A stretch of DNA of 64,000 nt, from positions 2,260 to 66,259 of the forward strand of contig CAWBEB010000005.1 of the NCBI GenBank assembly GCA_963787745.1, written 5' to 3'. Of this stretch, positions 56,940 to 64,000 are shown piece after piece. The position numbers and the translations under genes were made by a program. The notes under the pieces are model-generated. The model ran no database searches, was not told the DNA's origin, and was given only the letters and a program-made list of their open reading frames with translations. This DNA is from an uncultured Candidatus Micrarchaeota archaeon. Lineage in GTDB: Archaea > Micrarchaeota > Micrarchaeia > Micrarchaeales > Micrarchaeaceae. The stretch's first letter is position 1; each line of letters opens with the position of its first letter.

Positions 56940-58694
56940 ATGGGGCAAGCGGCATCTTACAAGACAATTGACACCAGCATACTTGTGATAGGCTCCGGCG
57001 CTGCGGGGCTTAGGACCGCGATAGAATCCCATGACTCTGGAGTCAAGGACATAATAGTCATAGGCAAGTGCAGGAGGGGCGATGCCCACACGGTGCTTGC
57101 GACAGGCGGGATAAATGCGGCCCTTGCGACCATGGACAAGAAGGACAGTTACCTGGTCCACGCGGCCGACACGGCGAAGGAGGGCTGGTTCATAGCTGAC
57201 CCAAAGGCTGTATTGACGCTCTGCAGGAACGGACCTGACGCAGTCAACGAGTTGGTGAAGTGGGGTGCGAGGTTCCACAGGGAGAAGGACGGAAGACTGA
57301 CGCAAAGGTTCTTCGGCGCCCATACTTACAGGAGGACCTGCTTCTTTGGTGACCAGACTGGCAAGGAGATAATGCGCGTGCTGGTCAGGCAGGTCAGGAA
57401 AAGAAAGATACGCTTCCTTGGAGACATCTTCGTTGTCTCACTGCTGACAAACGGGAAAAGGGTTGCGGGCGCGCTGGCGGTAGACTTTGCAAAGGGGGAG
57501 ATTGTTGTTTTCAGGGCTAAGGCAGTGGTGATTGCGGCCGGAGGCTACAGCAAGATATACTCGAGGAGCTCATCTAGGGGATTCGAGAACCATGGGGACG
57601 GGGCGGCGCTGGCCTTCGAGGCGGGGGTGCCGCTGGTTGACATGGAGATGATCCAGTTCCATCCCACGGGGATGGTCTACCCCAAGTCGATGGTTGGATC
57701 GCTTGTGACAGAGGCGGTTAGGGGTGAGGGGGGCACACTGCTCAACGCCAGGATGGAGCGATTCATGAAGAGGTACGATCCAATGAACATGGAGCTCGGC
57801 CCCAGAGACTTCGTTGCCAGGTCGATATACACAGAGATAATGGAAGGCCGGGGGACTAGGCACGGCGGAGTCTGGCTTGACATAACCATGCTGCCGAAGT
57901 CGAGGATACTTGACAGGCTGCCTAAGATGTACGAGAAGTTCAAAAGATACAACAACGTGGACATATCGAGGCAGAAGATGGAGGTGGCGCCGACCGCGCA
58001 CTACACGATGGGAGGTGTGGACGTCGACCTCGCGGGCAGGACAATGATAAAGGGGCTTTACGCGGCAGGCGAAACGGTGGGGCAGATACACGGGGCGAAC
58101 AGGTTGGGCGGCAACAGCCTGCTCGAGACGATTGTCTTCGGGAAGATTGTGGGCAAAGATGCGGCCAGATTCGCCAAGGCAAACAAGATAGTAGAGCCGA
58201 GTAGCGGACAGATAGCGGGCAAGGTTCGGTACCTGAACTCGTTCTTTGGAGAGGGGAACGCTGATCCGGAAATGATAAGGGATGGGATGCAGAGGACGAT
58301 GTGGGCCTATGCAGGAATAGCGCGCGACCAGAAGAGGCTGGAGGAGGGACTTAAGGAGATCGAAAGACTCAAGGCACAGTTCAGGCGCGCCAAGGTCCAA
58401 AAGGGGGGCCTGAAGGGGAACCATAAGCTAAAGTTCGCGATAGAGACAGGAAAGATGCTGGCGCTCTGCGAGGCGGTCATGAAAAGCGCGATACTTAGGA
58501 GGGAGAGCAGGGGCGCCCATTACAGGACCGACTATCCTGCTGCCGAGGAGGGATTCCGGGTCAACATAGTGTCGACCCCGAACAGGAGCGGATGGGTTAA
58601 GCTATCAATAAGAAAGGTTCCAAAGGTCAGCGGCGCGCTGAAAAGAGAGATAGAGAAGCTAGAGGAGACGCCGGTGCATAGGTCCTTTGAGTAG
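56940..58694 (+). CDS. Succinate dehydrogenase/fumarate reductase flavoprotein-subunit family (SdhA/FrdA/TfrA-like; NadB not excluded)
   Basis: ILVIGSGAAGLRTAIE, DAHTVLATGGINAA (His at the covalent-FAD position of SdhA/FrdA), MIQFHPTG, RGEGG, HYTMGG, GANRLGGNSL, ESRGAHYRTDYP. Confidence 0.8.
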   Translation: MGQAASYKTIDTSILVIGSGAAGLRTAIESHDSGVKDIIVIGKCRRGDAHTVLATGGINAALATMDKKDSYLVHAADTAKEGWFIADPKAVLTLCRNGPDAVNELVKWGARFHREKDGRLTQRFFGAHTYRRTCFFGDQTGKEIMRVLVRQVRKRKIRFLGDIFVVSLLTNGKRVAGALAVDFAKGEIVVFRAKAVVIAAGGYSKIYSRSSSRGFENHGDGAALAFEAGVPLVDMEMIQFHPTGMVYPKSMVGSLVTEAVRGEGGTLLNARMERFMKRYDPMNMELGPRDFVARSIYTEIMEGRGTRHGGVWLDITMLPKSRILDRLPKMYEKFKRYNNVDISRQKMEVAPTAHYTMGGVDVDLAGRTMIKGLYAAGETVGQIHGANRLGGNSLLETIVFGKIVGKDAARFAKANKIVEPSSGQIAGKVRYLNSFFGEGNADPEMIRDGMQRTMWAYAGIARDQKRLEEGLKEIERLKAQFRRAKVQKGGLKGNHKLKFAIETGKMLALCEAVMKSAILRRESRGAHYRTDYPAAEEGFRVNIVSTPNRSGWVKLSIRKVPKVSGALKREIEKLEETPVHRSFE

Positions 58695-58705
58695 CTTGGG
58701 ATAGA

Positions 58706-58718
58706 TTTAAATATAAAT
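58706..58718 (+). promoter_or_regulatory. TATA-like box upstream of guaA
   Basis: TTTAAATATAAAT lies about 20-30 nt upstream of ATG 58737. Confidence 0.4.
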
Positions 58719-58736
58719 CTGCGTAGATAGTAGGAT

Positions 58737-60308
58737 ATGGGGGAGCGGACCAAGGTTGCGGTAGCAAAGACTGCGGGCAATGGCCGAGACACCATACTGA
58801 TCCTTAATTTCGGAGGCCAGTACACCCACCTTATCGGCAGGAACGTCAGGGAGAACAACGTTTATTCTGAGATCGTGCCTTTTGGAATCAGCGCCGAGAA
58901 GATAAAGGAGCTGAGCTCCACTACCAACATAAAGGGCATCATACTCTCTGGTGGCCCCGACAGCGTCTACCTAGAGGGGGCGCCCCGATTTGACCCGAAG
59001 ATACTTGATCTTGGCATCCCTGTCCTCGGCCTCTGCTATGGCCACCAGCTAATCGCCCAGATGTCGAACGGAAGGGTGGAATCGGCATTGAGGAAGGAAT
59101 ACGGGGACGCGACTGCAGTTATAGACAATCCCGTCTGCATATTGAAGGGCCTTAAGCGCAAGGAGGAGATATGGATGAGCCATGGTGACACCGTGTTCGA
59201 CATACCGGCAGACTTCGAGGTTCTGGCACATACAGAGAGCACCCCTGTCGCTGCGTTCAGGCACAGGACCAAGCAGATATTCGGTCTGCAGTGGCACCCG
59301 GAGGTGGTGCAGACGAAGGGCGGCGTCCAGGTTATCAGGAACTTTATATTTGACGAGTGCAAGTGCGAGCCCAATTGGAAGATGGACGACTTTGTGGACA
59401 AGTCCCTAAAGGACCTGAGGGAGAGGATAGGGAGCGGGAAGGCCGTGGTTGCTTTGAGCGGAGGAGTCGACTCGAGCGTTGCAGCTGCGCTGGTGGCGAA
59501 GGCGGTCGGCGGCCAGAGGCTCGTGGTAGTGTATGTCGATACCGGAATGATGAGGAAGGGCGAAACAGAGCAGGTGAGGGAAACATTCACCGCACTCGGC
59601 ACGGATTTGAGGATAGTGGACGCAGGAGACAGGTTCTTCGATGCCCTAAAGGGAGTAAGGGACCCAGAGATGAAGAGAAAGATAATAGGAAACACCTTCA
59701 TACGCATCTTTGAGGAGCAGGCTGCTCCGATAGGGGCGGACTACTTCGTCCAGGGGACGATTTACCCGGACACCATAGAAACAGCAGGGGGCATAAAGAC
59801 GCACCACAACAAGGCGATCCCGTTCGACATAAAGTTCAAGGAGATAATAGAGCCGCTTACAGACCTCTACAAGGACGAGGTCAGGAAGGTAGGAGGAGAG
59901 ATCGGCCTTCCGGAAGCGGTGGTGAACAGGCAGCCGTTCCCAGGACCCGGGCTGGCGGTCAGGATAATGGGTGAGGTAACTAGGGAGAAGGTGGCGATCG
60001 TCAGGGAGGCCGACCACATTGTGACGAGCGAGATAGAGAAGGCAGGGCTGGCCAGGGGACTCTGGCAGTATTTTGGTGTCTTGACTGATACGATGACCAC
60101 AGGCGTCAAGGGCGACGGGAGGGCATACGGATATCTGGTAGGGTTCAGGGCGCTGGTGAGCAGGGAGGCGATGACGGCCAAATTCGCAGAGCTACCATGG
60201 GATCTGATAAGGAAGATATCGACCAGGATAACAAATGAGGTGCCCGGGGTAGTCAGGGTAGCCTACGACACGACCGACAAGCCGCCAGCCACTGTCGAGT
60301 GGGAGTGA
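58737..60308 (+). CDS. guaA: GMP synthase (glutamine-hydrolysing), fused GATase + ATP-pyrophosphatase
   Basis: GATase block LGLCYGHQL...WMSHGD, PP-loop VVALSGGVDSSVAA, and the C-terminal dimerisation block through KPPATVEWE. Confidence 0.95.
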   Translation: MGERTKVAVAKTAGNGRDTILILNFGGQYTHLIGRNVRENNVYSEIVPFGISAEKIKELSSTTNIKGIILSGGPDSVYLEGAPRFDPKILDLGIPVLGLCYGHQLIAQMSNGRVESALRKEYGDATAVIDNPVCILKGLKRKEEIWMSHGDTVFDIPADFEVLAHTESTPVAAFRHRTKQIFGLQWHPEVVQTKGGVQVIRNFIFDECKCEPNWKMDDFVDKSLKDLRERIGSGKAVVALSGGVDSSVAAALVAKAVGGQRLVVVYVDTGMMRKGETEQVRETFTALGTDLRIVDAGDRFFDALKGVRDPEMKRKIIGNTFIRIFEEQAAPIGADYFVQGTIYPDTIETAGGIKTHHNKAIPFDIKFKEIIEPLTDLYKDEVRKVGGEIGLPEAVVNRQPFPGPGLAVRIMGEVTREKVAIVREADHIVTSEIEKAGLARGLWQYFGVLTDTMTTGVKGDGRAYGYLVGFRALVSREAMTAKFAELPWDLIRKISTRITNEVPGVVRVAYDTTDKPPATVEWE

Positions 60309-60310
60309 CC

Positions 60311-61702
60311 CTACTTCTTCAGCGGGAGATCAGGGCTTGTGAGCCGAGACGGGCTTAGGGCGCTGTCAATCTCCTTCTTTGTCAGCAGCCTCTTCTTGAG
60401 TGCAAGATCCCTTATGCTTACTCCAGTTGCTTCTGCCTCCTTCACGAGCTTGGCCGTTGTGGCGTAGCCGAGCATCGGCGAGAGCGCCGTGGCGAGCTCT
60501 GAGTTGTGCTCGAAGTAGTATTCCAGCCTGGCCCTGTTGGGCTTTATGCCCGATATGCATCTCCTCGTGACCACCCTAAGTGAGTTGGCAAGCGTGCTTA
60601 TCGATTCCAGGAGGCAGTATGCGGCCAGCGGGCCGAAGATGTTGAGCTCGAACTGGCCGCCCTGGGCGCACATCATTATCGTGGTGTCGTTGCCGATCAC
60701 CCTAAAGCAGACCATGGTGAGCGCCTCAGGCATGGAGGGATTCACCTTGCCCGGCATGATTGATGATCCTGGCTGTAGCGCCGGGAGGGATATCTCCCCG
60801 ATCCCGGTGTGGGGGCCGGAGGACATCAGCCTGAGGTCGTTGGAGGTCTTGATGAGCTTGAGGGAGAGCTGCCTAAGGGCGGCGCTCGCCTCGGCGACGG
60901 CGGGAAGGTTCTGCGTCATCTCGAAATTGTTCCTGGACTTTGTAAAGCTATGGCCGGAGAGCTTGTTTAGCTCCTTTAGGAAGAGAGCAGGGTATCTAGG
61001 ATAACTATTCAGCCCGGTTCCGACTGCTGTCCCCCCTATGTGCAAAGGCAGTAACTCGCGCGATGCGCTTCTTATCATCCTCATCTCCCGCTCGATCGAG
61101 TATCCGCTGAACTCCTGGCCCAGCGTTATGGGAACAGCATCCATCAGGTGCGTGCGGCCGGACTTGATTATCTTGGAGAACTCCCCTGACTTTTTCATTA
61201 TCGCTGCCTGGTACTCTGAAAGGGCGGGAACGAGGTCTTCCTCTATCGCTATGTGGGCGGCAATGTTGATGGCGCACTGGAAGGTGTCGTTTGTGGACTG
61301 GCACATGTTGACGTGGTCGTTGGGGTTTATTGTTTTGTAGTCCCCTTTCTTCCTATGAATTATCTCCAGCGCCCTGTTGGCCACCACCTCGTTGAGGTTC
61401 ATGTTGGTGGAGGTGCCTGTGCCGGCCTGGAAGATGTCTACGGGAAATTGATCTGCGAGCCTGCCCGCGATTATGTCGTCGCAGGCTTTGACTATCGCGC
61501 CGGAGATCTTCTGGTCCAGCCCGCCCAGCTCTGAGTTTGCTATGGCGGCGGATCGCTTTATCATCGCATAGGACTTTATGAAACAGGACTGGAAGGGAAC
61601 GCCCGAGATCGGGAAGTTCTCGATCGCCCTCTGGGTCACTGGGCCATAATAGGCGCCATCGGGCACGCTTACCTTCCCCAGGGAGTCTGACTCGGTCCTC
61701 AT
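60311..61702 (-). CDS. aspA: Class II fumarase/aspartase family lyase, most like aspartate ammonia-lyase
   Basis: RTESDSLGKVSVPDGAYYGPVTQRAIENFPISG, QFPVDIFQAGTGTSTNMN, NPNDHVNMCQSTND, and the signature GSSIMPGKVNPSMPEA. The QFPVD and VNP-x-x-PE contexts resemble AspA more than FumC. The start is ATG 61702. Confidence 0.85.
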   Translation of the reverse strand: MRTESDSLGKVSVPDGAYYGPVTQRAIENFPISGVPFQSCFIKSYAMIKRSAAIANSELGGLDQKISGAIVKACDDIIAGRLADQFPVDIFQAGTGTSTNMNLNEVVANRALEIIHRKKGDYKTINPNDHVNMCQSTNDTFQCAINIAAHIAIEEDLVPALSEYQAAIMKKSGEFSKIIKSGRTHLMDAVPITLGQEFSGYSIEREMRMIRSASRELLPLHIGGTAVGTGLNSYPRYPALFLKELNKLSGHSFTKSRNNFEMTQNLPAVAEASAALRQLSLKLIKTSNDLRLMSSGPHTGIGEISLPALQPGSSIMPGKVNPSMPEALTMVCFRVIGNDTTIMMCAQGGQFELNIFGPLAAYCLLESISTLANSLRVVTRRCISGIKPNRARLEYYFEHNSELATALSPMLGYATTAKLVKEAEATGVSIRDLALKKRLLTKKEIDSALSPSRLTSPDLPLKK

Positions 61703-61802
61703 CACAATACCCAAAGCCCATCTCACTTAAGGGTTTTATAGGTTCCCACTATCCATTCAGATAGGTATTAATCCCTTGCCGGGGATTTATTATTGTGATT
61801 AG

Positions 61803-61979
61803 ATGAAGGGCAGCATGAAGTCGTGGATTGCGATCCTCATGGGGATAGTGATCCTCGTAGCGGACCTGTACTGGACCTATACCAGCTACTATGATATGAC
61901 CTGGCTTGTGCTCGGCGTGGTGATAGCGCTGGCGGACATAATATGGCTCCTGATGGACTGGAGACTTATGAAGGGCTGA
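61803..61979 (+). CDS. Small two-TM membrane protein (58 aa, below ORF-track cutoff)
   Basis: Hand-translated: MKGSMKSWIAILMGIVILVADLYWTYTSYYDMTWLVLGVVIALADIIWLLMDWRLMKG, with stop TGA at 61977-61979. Confidence 0.4.
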   Translation: MKGSMKSWIAILMGIVILVADLYWTYTSYYDMTWLVLGVVIALADIIWLLMDWRLMKG

Positions 61980-61999
61980 TTATACTTAGGTGAATATCT

Positions 62000-62593
62000 A
62001 TGAACAAAGCAGCAGCGATCGGAGCAGTAATAGTGCTCCTGATCATAATAGTGGGCGTGGCTTACGTCCTCTCGGGCAGCAAGAGCGCGCAGGTCACGTC
62101 GACCTCTATTGGCTCGAGCAGCATAGCCTCCACAACGGTCGCCGCAACGACCATCTCTCCGGCCAATAACAGCACATCCTCAAGCCCGATGATTCCGGCC
62201 AACACTGTGAACGGGACCAACTCCAGCATGGCAGGCAACTCGGTGATGACGAGCAACACCGCATACACGGTTGAGCTCGAGAACAGCTCCAGTCTGGGTT
62301 GGTACCTTGCAAACGGAACCGGCTTCACCCTGTACACCTACACCAATGACGTGGCGCACAGCAACGCGAGCGCCTGCGCAGGCTCATGCGCGGCAAATTG
62401 GCCGCCGTTCTACACGGCGAACCTTGTGCTCGCACCGGGCCTCAACGCCTCCAGCTTCGGAACGATAAGCAGGGGCGGCGGAGCGATGCAGACGACATAC
62501 AATGGCTACCCGCTCTACTTCTTCCAGGGAGACGGCAAGACAGGTCAGGTCAACGGCAACGGAGTGGGCGGCTTCAAGCTGGCCACAAAGTAA
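62000..62593 (+). CDS. Secreted protein of the COG4315 / Lipoprotein_15 (Y-x-[FWY]-x-x-D repeat) family
   Basis: N-terminal anchor, an S/T-rich linker, then GWYLANGTGFTLYTYTND...CAGSCAANWPPF...TYNGYPLYFFQGDGKTGQVNG. Confidence 0.7.
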   Translation: MNKAAAIGAVIVLLIIIVGVAYVLSGSKSAQVTSTSIGSSSIASTTVAATTISPANNSTSSSPMIPANTVNGTNSSMAGNSVMTSNTAYTVELENSSSLGWYLANGTGFTLYTYTNDVAHSNASACAGSCAANWPPFYTANLVLAPGLNASSFGTISRGGGAMQTTYNGYPLYFFQGDGKTGQVNGNGVGGFKLATK

Positions 62594-62636
62594 GGGCAAT
62601 TCTGCCGTCCGGCCCTTTTGGCCGGGCTCTTTCTTT

Positions 62637-63455
62637 TTATTGAGGTCTCTCCAGACCGCGGAATACCCCAGATATGTCGTTCCTCAGCCGCATCACATGG
62701 CCAGGAGGGAAGGAGAAATCCTGGCGCTTGTGGGAGACTAGGCCGCTGTCTTTGGTCACCGCAAAGAGCGTGGCAAAGGGGGTGCAGCCCAGGTCAGGCT
62801 CGCGGCGGAGCATCGAGGCGTATTTTACCCCCTTTGCCTTCTCAGGGATGTCCGGGCTAACTATGCATGCGTGTATGTCCTTGAATCCGGCGCCCTTGAG
62901 GTATCCGGTCACTTTATTCATCGTGTTGCCACGGTGGACGCAGGTGTCGAACACTGCGACCGGAAGCTTGGACCTCTGGTAGAGGTACTTGTGCTGCTTC
63001 TTGAACTCTCTTGCAATGTTAAATCGGAGGACTCTATTGCAGCCATCGGGGTTGATGAAATATATTTCAGGTTTCTTCTCACCCGGATACTTTAGTTCCC
63101 ATGCCTTCATCAATGGGAGATACCCCATCCTCGCCGACCGGTCAACGAAGACCGCTGTCGGAATCTTGTTGTCGTGCAGGTAGCCGGCCAAGTTCATTCC
63201 TATCTCAGCTATGTCCGCCTTGGCGGCCGCGGAGAAGCCCTCTTGGGTGCTATTGGCAGTGAGACGCCTCAGCTGCTCTTGCATGTCACTGAGGGCGAGC
63301 GCTATCATCATCCCCATTACGCTCTCCTTCGGCATGTCGGTGGGGTGCGACCCCATTATTATGACCTCGGTAACGTTTCCGTCCCTGCTCCTGAGGGTCC
63401 TCCTTAGAACTTGCCGCTCCCTAGGCTGGCCATCGTTTTGCTTGCAACTTGGCAC
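62637..63455 (-). CDS. PRTase-fold-like hypothetical protein (paralog of 1-792)
   Basis: PTAVFVDRSARMGYLPL...LPVAVFDTCVHRGNTMNKVTGYLKGAGF has a PRPP-loop-like D-T-x-x-x-x-G-N-T. GTG 63455 lies about 30-45 nt downstream of TCTATATATATTACC (complement of 63486-63500). Confidence 0.55.
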   Translation of the reverse strand: MPSCKQNDGQPRERQVLRRTLRSRDGNVTEVIIMGSHPTDMPKESVMGMMIALALSDMQEQLRRLTANSTQEGFSAAAKADIAEIGMNLAGYLHDNKIPTAVFVDRSARMGYLPLMKAWELKYPGEKKPEIYFINPDGCNRVLRFNIAREFKKQHKYLYQRSKLPVAVFDTCVHRGNTMNKVTGYLKGAGFKDIHACIVSPDIPEKAKGVKYASMLRREPDLGCTPFATLFAVTKDSGLVSHKRQDFSFPPGHVMRLRNDISGVFRGLERPQ

Positions 63456-63528
63456 TTTATCACAGGCGAACTTATGCCGTCAGGTAATATATATAGATTT
63501 TGTATGGGTCGTGGGCCTTAGTAGCCCG

Positions 63529-64000
63529 TCAGCTCTGCTTGAGAAGCTCGTTGAGCTTGGAGCCCTTGTCGTAGCGCATTATCACTATGCCAACCACCAC
63601 AAGATAGAGCCATGTGAGTGCGATCAGATCGTTGAAACTGGGCCTGTTGATCGGGGATAGTGCGTCCGGCCCGCCGGCTGCGTCGAAGATGTAGTTTATT
63701 ATCGCGGCTATTATCAGGAAGCCAGCTACTGGGCCGTACCACATCCTCAGGCCGAGGAAGTAGATTATCGCTATTAGTATGAACGCTGCGGAGGCGAAAC
63801 CGAGCCAGAGGCTGTAGAAGCTCGCGACGTTCCAGTTTGGAGAGCCGAGCGCGAGGGCAGCGAAGTTGAGCAGCGAGAATATGACCAGGCTGAACCTCAC
63901 CACCTTTATCCAGCTGTAGCTTCCGCTGAACCATATCTTCGGCGTGTCCTTTCTGACAGAAAGCCATGCGAAGTAGTACCTGAGCTGGTTGGTGAAGTCC
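63529..64000 (-). CDS. Multi-pass membrane protein, N-terminus beyond window edge
   Basis: The frame of ORF 63529-63903 stays open upstream to the window end by hand translation (DFTNQLRYYFAWLSVRKDTPKIWFSGSYSWIKVVRFSL...). There are several hydrophobic helices. Family not assigned. Confidence 0.5.
   Translation of the reverse strand, partial: DFTNQLRYYFAWLSVRKDTPKIWFSGSYSWIKVVRFSLVIFSLLNFAALALGSPNWNVASFYSLWLGFASAAFILIAIIYFLGLRMWYGPVAGFLIIAAIINYIFDAAGGPDALSPINRPSFNDLIALTWLYLVVVGIVIMRYDKGSKLNELLKQS

Overview
Archaeal chromosomal segment. The evidence is an archaeal histone, Sec61-gamma/SecE, SecF-SecD, a RIO kinase, an NMD3-like protein, class-III-signal-peptide pilin-like proteins, cis-prenyl/dolichol genes, TATA-like boxes about 20-35 nt upstream of many start codons, and tRNAs without encoded CCA. 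The small, hypothetical-rich gene set suggests a DPANN/Micrarchaeota-like or Thermoplasmatota-like organism (inference only). There are about 85 tightly packed CDS on both strands in a GC-rich core: one hand-counted line, 15001-15060, has 35/60 G+C. Housekeeping genes include glyA, a long ThyX-like gene, uppS, msrB, MTAP, thiI, guaA, an aspartase/fumarase, an SdhA-like flavoprotein, AroK-type and AroD-type shikimate enzymes, Sua5/YrdC and a ZIP transporter. Three tRNAs are present (Thr-GGU, Leu-CAG, Cys-GCA). Each is followed by one or more AT-rich islets (20-21/60 G+C in hand-counted lines). Each islet is bounded by an exact direct repeat of the tRNA 3' end, carries toxin or toxin-antitoxin cargo (Fic; RelE-like; HicAB; VapBC plus an IS630-family IS) and has no recognisable integrase. 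The most unusual locus is a five-gene surface-structure operon at 50.3-56.9 kb. It encodes a CARDB-like glycoprotein, a MinD/ParA ATPase, a 787-aa adhesin, a 188-aa secreted protein that shares the adhesin's Cys-bracketed C-terminal domain, and an Ig-like membrane protein with a polybasic tail. I propose it encodes a non-type-IV surface fibre. Other notable items are a 4xCBS protein with an HPF/RaiA-like C-terminus, a frameshifted endonuclease IV, a histone with a basic C-terminal tail, a PEP-CTERM-like sorting signal and a second MinD-like locus. No rRNA or CRISPR array was seen.
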